Source of the DNA: Octopus vulgaris
Lineage: Eukaryota
NCBI GenBank assembly: GCA_951406725.2
Contig: OX597816.1
Location: forward strand, 126,542,001 to 126,606,000
Length of the DNA stretch: 64,000 nt
Direction of reading: 5' to 3'
How positions within the stretch are numbered: the stretch's first letter is position 1; every line of letters begins with the position of its first letter. The notes under the pieces are model-generated. The model was not told where the DNA came from and did no database searches. It worked only from the letters and a program-made list of their open reading frames with translations. Positions 40,355 through 53,160 of the stretch are shown here, piece after piece. The position numbers and the translations under genes are program-made.

Positions 40355-40400
40355 TTAGGGAAATTTTGAACGTGGGTTCTCATTCCTAAGGTATTTTTGA

Positions 40401-40444
<44 letters not shown>

Positions 40445-40530
40445 TCACTGCCTGGAATCGAACTCGGAATCTCAGGGTGAGTAACTCACGTTCTTAACCC
40501 CAAGATTCTGAGTTTGATTCCAGGCAGTGA

Positions 40531-40578
<48 letters not shown>

Positions 40579-40581
<3 letters not shown>

Positions 40582-42073
40582 CAATTCAGTGACGACATCA
40601 GAATGCAATTCGGCCTCGATAAATGTGCAAAAGCTACCTTTATCAAAGGAAAAATGACAAAAACATCTAACGTTAACCTTGACCAGCAGAATGTCATAAA
40701 AGAACTAGACCCAGTGGAGAGCTACAAGTACCTAGGGGTAATTGAAGGGAACGGAATAAGGGATTCAGAGATGAAGGAAAGGATCAGGAGAGAATGCTAT
40801 CGAAGAGTGAGAGCAATACTCAAGACAGAGCTGAATGCAAGAAACAGGATCGAAGCGATCAATGCATTAGCCATACCAGTCGTGACTTACAGTTTCAATA
40901 TTGTTAACTGGTCAATTACTGAAATATGTCAGCTCGACAGAAAAATAAGGAAACTGTTGACAATGCATAGAATGCACCACCCTAAGGCAGATACAGAACG
41001 ACTCTATCTGCCAAGAAAAGAGGGAGGCCGTGGTCTTTTGCAACTGGCAATAACAATGAAGATTGCTACAATTGGCCGGGGACACCTACCTGAAAAACTC
41101 TGAGGACTGGATGTTAAAACTTGTCTCAAAACATGAAAACAAGAAAGCATCATACTCAGTCACAAAACAGGCAAAGGAATATCTAAGTGAATTCCGAATA
41201 CAACCAATTTCGGAATTAGAGATAGACATACAAGAAACAAGTACAGAAAAAGCTAGGCGCATGAAAACCCGTGCCAAAACTGCGGCCTTAGATATTCTGA
41301 ATAATAAATGGCAAGAAAAACCTCTCTATGGCAAATACCCAAAGAGAGCGAATAATGCAGATATCGACAAAGCCCTGACCCATCAATGGCTAATGGCCTC
41401 TGGCTTAAAATCTGAAACAGAGGGGTTTATCATAGCAGCTCAAGATCAATGCCTACCAACAAGAAACTACCAGGCCAACATATTAAAGAATGGCAGTAGC
41501 CCAACATGTCGTGTATGCCGACAACAAAATGAAACCATTGATCATGTTGTCTCCAAATGCAGTCTTCTAGCGCCTACAGAGTACCTCAGTAGGCATGATA
41601 GAGCTGCACAATATATTCACTGGGTAATTTGCAAAAACCTGGATTTGCCCCATGAAAAAAACTGGTGGGAACACAATCCACCTCCAGTGCTTGAAAATGA
41701 CCACATCTCACTCCTCTGGAACTTCACCATTCAAATTGACAGGAAGATAGATGCAAATAGGCCAGACATCATATTGAAAGACTTCAGACAAAGAACATGC
41801 CTCCTCATTGATATGACTGCCCCAATCGATATAAACGTATCTGTCAAGACCTACCAAAAACTGAGCAAATATAAAGATCTTGAAATAGAAATCAGCAAAA
41901 TGTGGAAGCTGAAGACTAAAACAATACCTGTTGTCATAGGTGCCCTGGGAATGATAGCGAAACGGACTGATTGCTACCTAACTCAGATACCAGGAAACCT
42001 CAAAATGGCAGAAATTCAAAAGATAGTGCTCATGGGAACTGCTCATATCCTACGCAAAATACTCTCTATGTAA
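40579..42073 (+). pseudogene. RT(C-term)-zinc knuckle-RLE ORF, one frameshift near 41080
   Basis: FGLDKCA, YKYLG, RLYLPRKEGGRGL, CRVC...HVVSKC, RHD and RPDI...LID...KLSKY motifs in ORFs 40603-41103 and 41063-42073. Confidence 0.92.
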
Positions 42074-42122
42074 TCCCAAGGTTTAAAACAAACTTTTTAT
42101 TTTTATTTTATTTTATTTATTA

Positions 42123-42517
42123 CTAGCAGTATCGCCCGGCGTTGCTCGGGTTTGTAAGGGAAATAATTATATAAGCATTTTTAGAGATGTAAAGTATAAT
42201 AGCCATCACAATATGGCTAACCACAAAGGGGGAGGGGTGTTACTGTAGCTTTTTACGTTCTGAGATTTAAAAATAAATTTTAGAGAGTTACTTCCCTTAT
42301 ATATGTCAAAAATGGATTAAAAATGGGAAAAATTGATGGTAATTTTTTTTTTAAATCGTAGACTCTTCGTAGACGCACGCTAATACCCAGACGGTCTCGA
42401 TATGAATCACGACTATAAGATACCCGGTTTTGGTTAAACTGCACCGCAAAATGTGGGAGTAGTTAGGAATCTAAATCGTAGGAGACAGACACACAACCTC
42501 ACTTTTATATATAAAGA
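42123..42517 (-). mobile_element. Non-autonomous Helitron-like element
   Basis: Minus strand starts A|TCTTTATATATAAAAG and ends with a CCCGAGC-AAC-GCCGGG hairpin 8 nt before CTAG|T. Confidence 0.8.
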
Positions 42518-42580
42518 TTTCCTCTATTTACATAATATTGAGGTCTCTTTCTTTCTTTTGTTATCTTACTGTTTTTACCA

Positions 42581-42613
<33 letters not shown>

Positions 42614-42626
42614 AATGTATAAATAG

Positions 42627-42948
42627 TTACAGAGATGTACTTGCATAGCAAGTGACTTGATCTGAGATCGTGTGCTGGAACGAAAACAGTTGCAGCGTTG
42701 AAGGTGTTTATAAGCCATTTAAGAAACACACAAAAACCGTTAGATTCACTTCAACATTTAAATTTAATTTGTCAAAATATTTTCGTCGCTTTGAGACCGC
42801 GACCTGTTAGCACGATATTTTTGTCAGTGAACAGGTCGCGGTCTCAAAGCGACGAAAATATTTTGGCAAATGAAATTTAAATGTTGAAGTGAATGTAACG
42901 GTTTTTGTGTGTTTCTTAAATGGCTTACAAACACCTTCCACGCTGCAA
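42627..42948. mobile_element. Fold-back element, second copy of the 7570 family
   Basis: Arms 42690-42808 and 42830-42948 with a 21-nt spacer. Confidence 0.85.
42820..42870 (+). ncRNA. Hammerhead-like motif with G3-C8 core variant
   Basis: UUUGUCA-GUGAACA-G-GUCGC(GGUCUCAAA)GCGAC-GAA-AAUAUU-U-UGGCAAA. Confidence 0.6.
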
Positions 42949-43290
42949 TATATATATACACACATATATATATATGTATGTATGCATGTATGTGTGTGTG
43001 TGTGCGTGTCTGTGCTTGTGATTGTCCTCCACCACTGCTTGACAACGAATGTTGGTTTGTTTACATCCCTGTCACCTAGTGGTTTGACAAAGGAAACAGA
43101 TAGAATAAGTACAATGCTTACAAAAATAAAACTGGAGTTGATTCATTAAACTACAATTCTTCAAGGCATTGCCCCAGCATGGCCACAGACCAATGGCTGG
43201 AAAAAGCAGAAGAATAAAAGAATACATTCTCTGCTTTGGTCTTATGTTCAAGGCATAAGAAAGCTTGAGTTTACATGAGAAGGCCTAACA

Positions 43291-43770
43291 GACCTGGTAG
43301 AAACAGCAGCCAAATCTCCCTCAAATCACACCTTACTGTCTTATGTATGTATATATATATGAGCCAATGAGGGGGACCTCTACATGGTAGCTAGACCTGA
43401 TAGAAATAGCAGCCAAATTTCCCCCAAATCACACCTTACTGTCTTATCTATGTATATATGTATGTATGAGCCTATGAGGGAGACCCCTACATGGCAGCTA
43501 GACCTGGTAGAAATAGCAGCCAAATTTCCCCCAAATCACACCTTACTGTCTTATCTATGTATATATGTATGTATGAGCCTATGAGGGAGACCCCTACATG
43601 GCAGCTAGACCTGGTAGAAATAGCAGCCAAATTTCCCCCAAATCACACCTTACTGTCTTATCTATGTTTATATGTATGTATGAGCCTATGAGGGAGACCC
43701 CTACATGGCAGCTAGACATGGTAGAAATAGCAGCCAAATCTCCCTCAAATCACACCTTACTGTCTTATCT
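43291..43770. repeat. 107-bp minisatellite, ~4.5 copies
   Basis: GACCTGGTAGAAATAGCAGCCAAAT unit; ORF track repeats at 43384, 43491 and 43598. Confidence 0.95.
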
Positions 43771-45584
43771 TTCTGCTACTTATATTCGTCGTAAAAAACT
43801 TTCCTGTCACACACTCACGCACACGCACACACACACACGCGCACCCTCACACACACACACACACGCGCGCACACACACACACTCACACACACGCACGTTA
43901 GCTTACAATTTTATTTATATATTTGCGTGTCTATGTGTTGAAAGAGGAAGTGGGAGGCAGAGTGAAAGAATCACTCACTACAGTAAGTAAATTACTTTCA
44001 TTTTATTCGCTGCCCACTGTGTGTGTGCGTTTGCGTGTGGTGTAAACCAGACTAAAAAAAGCATTTGACACACACACCAGAATGTGAGTTTTCTGTAAAT
44101 TTTGCTTAATTGGAGTTTAAATTTTAAAAACTGGACCTGGCATGACGCGATGCATTGTACTCTTAAAATTGCTAGGTAAATTGTAATTGAAGAAATCCTA
44201 TATTTTAGATTTGTATAACTCCCAAAGGGAGGCAGATAAAATCTGCCTTTTATAATAAGAGATTATTTTTTTTTTTTTTTTTTTTTTAATGTATTAGACA
44301 TTCACTAGTACAACGCCAAAAAAAACCCCCCAAATATATGGCACAGAACTTCCAACCTGTTGTCTCTTGAGGTCTCTGGGTGAGACTTGGAGCCAACTTG
44401 TACAGACATAAAGCAAAAGTCAAACAGAATAATAATAATAATATCGAAAAATACCTTAGGAATGAGAACCCAGGTTCGAAATTTCCCCAAGGCACCTGAT
44501 GAAGGCTGGAAGGTATATCATCCAAAACATTGTGTTAACAACAAACAAGATGAGGACAAATATCTGTCAAGTGTAAATAGTGTAAATAATGTACATAATT
44601 CCTCATCTCTTAAATATAGAACTGTATTAACATAGTTGTTTCCCATATTTTAATTTTGGTTTTGATATTTATATTTTTCTGTTGAATTCATTTATTTTCT
44701 TGTTAGAATAGGATCCTGGTTAATTTTCTGGGAACTTGTATGCTGTTTGGAATTCAATATTTTTGGAATAATTTTTCAATGTATGTCATTTCAGATGACC
44801 TTTAGTCTTTCTACCTGTTTCATATTCGACTTTAACACAGCTTGATGAGCTCTTGTTTTTTTTTTTGCTATCATTTTACCTGTGCTGAACACTATTTGGA
44901 AAATTAATTTCTTAATGGGTTGATTGGTTTAGATATTTTGGCACAACTCGCAATAACTTCATATTTTGATTGAAAGCAATTATTTTGATAGCTGCAGGCT
45001 TAAGCACAATCAAAAGATCTAGAGAGTTTAAATAGAATTTATTTATCAGTACACAAAGTATATGTTACATGCAATTTTAAAATTGCTATTTCAGTGACAT
45101 TACATGCTGTTAATAAAATAATATACTGTTTAATTCTACATGATTTTCTTTAATGTTTAATTATCCATATAGACAAGAGACATTAATGTCTCTATTTTAT
45201 TTTGTTTCTGCATATGGAAGTGTCTGAATGCCTGGAAGTGTCTGAATGTGAAAATTTTCATAATAGATAGTGATACTGTATTATTTATATTATTATTATT
45301 TTTTGCATGTAATATTTTTTCTCTAAGCTGACCCATTTAGCAACCAAATGAATTCTGTTCATTTTTATATTAATTTTCAAAAGTAGTATAGGATTTGTAT
45401 TGTTATGATACAATAAGTTGACAATATGTTCTGAGTGCAATATGGTGACAAGTAAGATAGCAGTAAACATATTTCTAAAACAGTTTTATTCTCACTCATT
45501 TGATATATCAATATGTGTGAACCTTCCATTTCTCCTACTTTAAGCTATACAGGTGTAATACTCATACAAAATAACCAATATTTT

Positions 45585-45619
<35 letters not shown>

Positions 45620-45628
<9 letters not shown>

Positions 45629-45797
45629 TCCAAAAATGGAGAAGACAAGAAAAAACAGCAACATCAAGACGTAGCACATAAAGTATTAATAAGACACTCA
45701 GAGAAGAAAAAGAGTGGTTGTTTTACATTTCAAGCAAAGCACTTTTTCAGAAACAAGAAACGTAGGAAGGTCCAATGGAAAAGGAAGAAAGAGGAAA

Positions 45798-45800
<3 letters not shown>
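45620..45800 (-). mobile_element. Degenerate Penelope-like tail
   Basis: Same layout as 5640-5835 next to (TA)n, with decayed CTGAAAA-AGTGC..GCTT-GAAA-TGTA. Confidence 0.45.
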
Positions 45801-45838
<38 letters not shown>

Positions 45839-46209
45839 TGTCAAGCAGACCAAAAGAAAAATTCTTTCCTTCTTCTTCCCTCTCCCTTCCCCTCTTTCTC
45901 TTTAGCACTCACCTCAGATACAAACACACACACACACACACACATACATACACATACACACATGTTCTCTCTCTCACTTTCTCCTCATCCACCTCAACCT
46001 CTTGTACTGTCTTATATTCCTCCCCACCACTACGAAACTCTATAAAATGATTAAAATTCCCCACAAAGGAAAATATTTTGATTTGAAAACCCCACTAGAA
46101 TGGGATAAAGTGCTAATGATCTAAGTGATATGATATATATATAAAAAATGTAATATATAAATAAATATCTGTAAATATAAACCATCCGATCTTCTGATTA
46201 CCTCATTTC

Positions 46210-46950
<741 letters not shown>

Positions 46951-48420
46951 CAAATGTGTGTGTGTGTATCTGTTTGTGCAAAGCTAATGATGTGAAGTAA
47001 ATTGTTAGGGAATAATAATTCAAACTGCTTTCATTATGGATTAAATATGTTGATTGATTTGTTGTATTTTAAAATGCATTCAGGCATTTTCTTGATATTT
47101 TTAGTTTATGACTTTTTTAAATGTGCTGGCTTTAGAACCTGTTTGCATACTTTTTCTCTATTTTATTAATGCCAGTGGTAATATCATTATCCAGCTTTTA
47201 GGTATTGTACTTGTTTGTGCTTTGAATTATTTGAACTTAGATAATTTATGCAGTTCATTTTCATCTAGTAATATTTAATTTTTGCTTTAATTATAGTATC
47301 AGAGCAGTATTCTTCAATTTCTCCATGAAGCAAGTGTAAAAATATGTTAAAAAATAATCTTAGAATTAACTTTATTTTGTTTAAAAATTTGTTAATGATA
47401 GCAAATTTTCCAAAGCAAAATGCTGTCTAATTCATCATTGAAGTTTAAGTATTAGCTTTATGGGTCAACTGGACAACAGATTTAATATTTATTGGTTTTG
47501 ACACTTTGAAAAATATTTATCTTTGCTTTTACATGTAAAAATTGAAATAGCTAGAATGATTGTTTAACACTGAGTCAGTTCATAATCAACTGATTGTCAA
47601 ATTGTAACTGCTGATCCTTAAGCGGAAAACATTTGATAAATATAGCTATAATTATAACTCCAAATTTTGTCTGAGATCAATTATTTGGTATTTCCTACTT
47701 TTTCTAAAAATGCATGTCTTCTAACAGAAATGGAATATAGATTTTCTTTCTTTTTTTTTAAGATAAGAATAGAATTCTGCTTCCTTGATTGAGTTTGTTA
47801 TCATATTGTTTTGATATAGTTAAATGAGACAATTATCGAAGATCTTTTATAAGATCTAAAACTAGTTTTCATGTAGAAGATATTTACAGCCAAATAGCTA
47901 AATAATATTGCTGTGTAACTTTACTGAATCACTTTAATCATGAAGTCAAAATACCATGATAATATCTTCTAATAGATGCAGTTCTATATTTGGAAATTAT
48001 AACTGTTTATACCAGGATGTTTTTGGCTATGTTGAAAGAAAACCTACCTAGTATATGTAGATTTCCAATGTATGTGCATAATTCTGGCTCTAAGTCTTAG
48101 TATATCATAATATATCTTCAAGAAAATTTTTTAAATGCAAAAAATATCATCTAAACAGCAAATATGTTTAATATCACATTAAAAACAAATAGACAACATT
48201 TTATGCTTTGTAAAGATTTATCTTACTAAACTTTCAAAGTTAAATTTCTGTGTATATAAAGTAATATATTCATTTGAATATAATTTAACAATATACAAAT
48301 CAATTCTAAAGAGAAAGTGAAATTCAAAATAGATTCTCACTTTTATCATTTAAATCTTTATTGAAATGATTTCATTTCTGATTTTATAAAATGTTCATAC
48401 CAATTGCCCTTATGTAAAAA

Positions 48421-48696
48421 AACGGAAACAGAAAGAAGCCTGTCGTATATATGTATATATATGTATGTATGTGTATGTATATGTTTGTGTGTCTGTGTTT
48501 GTCCCTCTAGCATTGCTTGACAACCGATGCTGGTGTGTTTACATCCCTGTCACTTAGCGGTTCGGCAAAAGAGACTGATAGAATAAGTACTGGGCTTACA
48601 AAGAATAAGTCCCGGGGTTGATTTGCTCGACTAAAGGCGGTGCTCCAGCATGGCCGCCGTCAAATGACTGAAACAAGTAAAAGAGTAAAAAGAGTA
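48421..48696 (+). mobile_element. 5'-truncated SINE of the 23698 family
   Basis: Reverse-complement match to 23698-23990; ends AAAGAGTAAAAAGAGTA. Confidence 0.85.
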
Positions 48697-49340
48697 TAGC
48701 ACCTTTAGGACATCCTATCTTTGTCTTTAATTCAATAGCCTTTCCTTCATTATGACATTGATTCGAATTCTGTAAACAAATAAAAAGATGAAAGCAATAG
48801 CCAATAATTAACGTTCTTTATTATTCAGAACTATATAACAAAATGAAGTTTTCTTTAATTATTCTTTGAGGTAGAGGAAATTATATGTTGAATTAAAATG
48901 ATTGATTGATAGTCTTTACTTTCAAAAGTTATTTCTTTTATATTCACTTTCAAAGATATTTCTTGAAACTTCCAGAACTTAAATGCTTATAATTATTAGT
49001 GTTCTCAAAATAGTTTGGATAATCTGTTCACTGAACTCATGTGGAAACTACAGTCAACAACTTATCACAATATGCTATTTTCATACATATAGAACAAATA
49101 ATAACCATAAAAATTTTAATGTTTAACATATGGTTAATTTAAGTCCTGTTAAATTTTAGGCTTGTAGAAAATATGAATTCAATCAAAACCAACAATATAT
49201 TGATAAATGATAAAGAATTTTTTATTCTAATACCAATAGAGAATGGAAGTACATATAATCTACTCGCTAAGAAGTTAGTTTAACTTTGATAAATTTGACT
49301 GACAAGATAAAATTATCGCTACATATGAAAGGGCATTAAT

Positions 49341-49395
<55 letters not shown>

Positions 49396-51789
49396 ATATT
49401 TGAGATAGTATAGATTATTAGCAGTGCAGAGGGTTATACATCTTTCAAGCAAGTTCTGGCAGCATTCAAGTCAACCCTTGCAGAGTATGTCTGACAACAA
49501 AGCCAAGTTCTGATTATTCTTACTATCTGAGAAGCAAAAGCATAAGCTATAAGAATTGACATTAAGCTGCACACTGTTGTTTTCCATTAGGAAGATGAGA
49601 AAGAACAATGCAAGTGTGTAAAGGACGAGAAGCTAATACAATACCCAGACTTCACCATGGTGCAAATGATTGGGAAGGTACCAGTAAATTTGAAACTAGT
49701 ACTTGTGTTCTCAATAAATATTGCAATAACAAAGCAATGTTTTTCATATTGTTGTCACATAATATTGTTATCACATGGTCTGAGTTGACAAAAGTTTAGA
49801 TTATTAAGCCAGGGTGTCTTGGAAAGGTAATATCCATTGAGGAGAGAAAACAGAACTTGATATATAAATGACTTGGAAAATAATGTGTGGTATGATGAAG
49901 AAGGCAAGGTACAGTGCTTCTAAGAAGTGTTAGGAAACATGGGTTTGTTGCAGATCGAATTTGTTCTACATAGCTGTAGGTCCAGTTTGTCCTACACAGC
50001 TAAAAAAGAACACTAAAGCAGTGTGATTCATGAAAAGAGGAATGAAACCAGAGCAAAAAGAAAGATCCACATATTCACTATAAAAATGATTATATCTAAG
50101 AGCTCAAAAAATAATGTTCTCATGAACTCTAACTGTAAATATATACTATAATATGAACAAATAAAATAAATTTTATCTAGATTTGATCTTGATCATCAGA
50201 ATTTTTACAGATTTGTTATTGCCATTGGTATTTGGTAAGATGAGAGACTTAAAAGACTGTTCTTAAATAATGAACATACTTAATAGTAAAGTTGATATTT
50301 GTTGGCAAGTAGTAGATAATATTGCTCACAGTGTGTGTAAATAAATTGTTCTAATACTCTTTATGGTCATATAATCTATTTAGTCATATCTCTTTCCTTG
50401 TGGTTTAAATTCTGAATAAAGAAGCATATAATTAGGTGAAGGCCAAACAAGATTTAGAGTACTCTGTTTAATGAGCTAACCCTGTGCTAGCTGAGCACTA
50501 TTTGAACAATCAAGTGAAGTAATTGAAGAGGACTAATTTGTTCAAATATCTATAATGACATGGCAAAATTAGGCTTGTAATGATATATGCCTCTATCATT
50601 CCATTATCATTTATGGTAGTAATAGTGGAAAAATTTTAATCATTAGTATATTTAGGAAATGTGATTAATGAGAAAATGTAGCTAAAAATTTAAAAAATAT
50701 GAAATATCGTAATTTTTCTGTGTTTCGACACTGGATTCTCTAGCACCATTTGAATAATTTCTTCATAAATCTAACCTATACATTACCAGTTCCTTCCAAA
50801 AGGATTTGAGACAACCTGTAAAACTGCATCATTTTTTTAAAATTGTTCATAATTGGAACTCCATTAGAGTTAGTAATTTGTAACAATTCAGTTTGAACAA
50901 TTTTCAGGAATAAACATATAAGTGAATATATTCTTATAAAATTAAATAACTTCCTTTCAGTTCAGATGTTGCTATTTTACTATGTATGAAAAAATCATAA
51001 AAAATACATATCTATTCTGAATGTTTTACTTGAATTTTTAGAAATAGCCATGTATAACTGACACCACAAACCACTAAAAAAAAAAAACCTTGATTTTTTT
51101 AATGTTGTTATTAGATTGAATGTGTTTTTTCATTTCATTATAATTCAATGCAAAAAAGAATATTTCATTATTCGAACTAAGATGAGAATAAATCTTAAGT
51201 TTAATGTATATCAATTTTTCATTTATTTCTGCATAGCCTATTTATCAAATTTGCCACATTTACCAAGAATCTCCAACAATTGTGTAATTTCTTTATGCTA
51301 CAGTATATATATTTCTATAGGATTCTTAACAATATGGACGTTTTTGTTTTTGGTTTCAATTAAGGGCTTTTGTCAGTGATTGTCATAGAATATAGTAATT
51401 AATGTGTTATGTTAGAAAGTTTTATACCAATAATTTTTTTTATTACGATGGAATCATACAAAGAGAATATAGAAACACACTTGATGGCATAAGGTTGTTT
51501 TTAATGACTTATATATGTTGTTTCCAAACTAGCAGGAATTCTAAAAATGTATATGAATGAATTTTTTAAATACTTTTTTATTCTCCCACAAGAGGCTTTC
51601 CTAACACTTAACACTGAAATAGAAATCATAATTATTTTAAGACAGTGGATAAGTTGAATAATGTACCCTGCCTAATGTATGCAATACCATAGCAATTGTA
51701 AGGTTTGAAATAATGATCATATTGGCTAGCTGCTGAAAAGTCTAAGCTAAAAATAGCATGTATGAATGTATTGAACATCGTATTCTGCT

Positions 51790-53128
51790 CATTTTGTTGC
51801 CCTTGCTCCTACCTCTCCAACACCACCAGCCTCAGAGGTACCCATCACTGTCCCTTTCACGTCACCAACTCCTTTAATTGCACCTGTAGTAATGTCATTT
51901 ACTGCATCTTTTGTTCTCTTTGTCCTTCCCTCTACATTGGTCAAGCAGGACATCGCTTGGCTGACTGGTTTGCAGAGCACCAGGACATCGGACTCAGCAA
52001 TGACACCCCGGTCTTATGCCATTTCTGCTCTACCAGTCATTTACTACAACATCTGTCTGTGTTTGGACTATCTCTGCACAAGGGTCATCAAGACTCCCAC
52101 CTTTAATGTGAACAGGAATTAATCTTCTCTTTTCACTCTTTTGCACCACATGGGCTTAATTCACCACCTCTCTTCATTTGACACCAATTCCACACGAATT
52201 CCCACTCACCTACCACACTCTACACCTACACACCCACATACCACCCACCTTCGTACACTCACCCACGCACACCACTATACACACATCCATACACACTGTT
52301 CAACTCATCACTCACTTCACATACCATTACACACACACCCACAACATCATCCCACTCCACACACACTAGCACTGACCACTTCTCAACACCCATGCAACAC
52401 ACCATCATCCACACACACACAATCTTCAATAGAGTCACCACACATACCACTATATAAGCAGCCACACACACTGTTTAACTCGGTACACACACCACACCAT
52501 CATGCACATCATGCACATAATACCTGAACACAGATAATATATACACATACACACATATACACACATGCAACATGCATAAACACATGCAACATACATAGAC
52601 AAAGATAACTTCCACCCACATACATATACTATACACATGCACACTATTTGCTAACAGTGACACACACACATACACATGTACACACACCATGTGTAAAAGC
52701 ACACATCAACTGCTACACACAACATGCACATGTCACACATATCTCACGCACACACACATGTCAAACTCACTCTCCCCCATTCACACATACACACTTACAC
52801 ACTCACACACTAGTCTCACATGCACACACACACACACTTGCACACTTTCTCTCATTGTGATTACCCCAAATTATCTCCCCTTCATTCAACCACTCATTAT
52901 TATTATCTCCCTTTCATTCAACCTCTTTTTATCCAATCATTTGCCATGTTGGACTACTGAACACAACTTGTTTTTTTCATTATCTATTTATTTCCTCTTA
53001 TTCCTTTCTGTCAAAGAGTGTAGGCTCAAAATGTAAAAGATTTTTCCATTTTCCCTGACCGTCCAACTAATACACTTGTTTGTTCTTCCTACACTTGTCT
53101 TCATCTTTGTTTTCCTATAAATTTGAAC

Positions 53129-53130
<2 letters not shown>
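51790..53130 (+). mobile_element. 5'-truncated Penelope-like element: GIY-YIG endonuclease remnant, CA-rich spacer, pLTR tail
   Basis: SFNCTCSNVIYCIFCSLCPSLYIGQAGHRLADWFAEH...EQELIF...APHGLN. Tail matches 5640-5835 and has a decayed HHR at 53004-53039. Confidence 0.85.

Positions 53131-53160
<30 letters not shown>

Larger units (their letters stand above)
42123..44262 (-). mobile_element. Composite Helitron-like insertion with captured repeats
   Basis: Second 5' end A|TCTCTTATTATAAAAG at 44262. Removing 42123-44262 rejoins the LINE's T-rich 3'UTR at an AT dinucleotide with no TSD. Confidence 0.65.
40579..44427 (+). mobile_element. 5'-truncated R4/Dong-clade non-LTR retrotransposon inserted in (AAT)n; 3'UTR split by a 2.1-kb insertion
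   Basis: RT C-terminus + CCHC + restriction-like endonuclease. (AAT)n on both sides. T-rich 3'UTR resumes at 44263. Dong elements are known to target (TAA)n. Confidence 0.88.
40254..44625. mobile_element. Fold-back tRNA-head/(AAT)n/HHR element (host of nested insertions)
   Basis: Minus arm 40254-40499; plus arm 40495-40578 + 44428-44625. 12-bp TSD ATTAACATAGTT at 40242-40253 and 44626-44637. Confidence 0.85.

Noticed and set aside
43291-43770. CRISPR-like regular repeat
   Set aside because: Whole 107-bp units repeat with no unique spacers; eukaryotic context and no cas genes.
49591-49677. Possible exon EDEKEQCKCVKDEKLIQYPDFTMVQMIGK
   Set aside because: Weak donor (GTACCA), out of phase with the 37433 exon, and no recognisable homology.
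52141-53036. His/Thr-rich ORFs
   Set aside because: Degenerate CA-rich spacer of the Penelope-like element.
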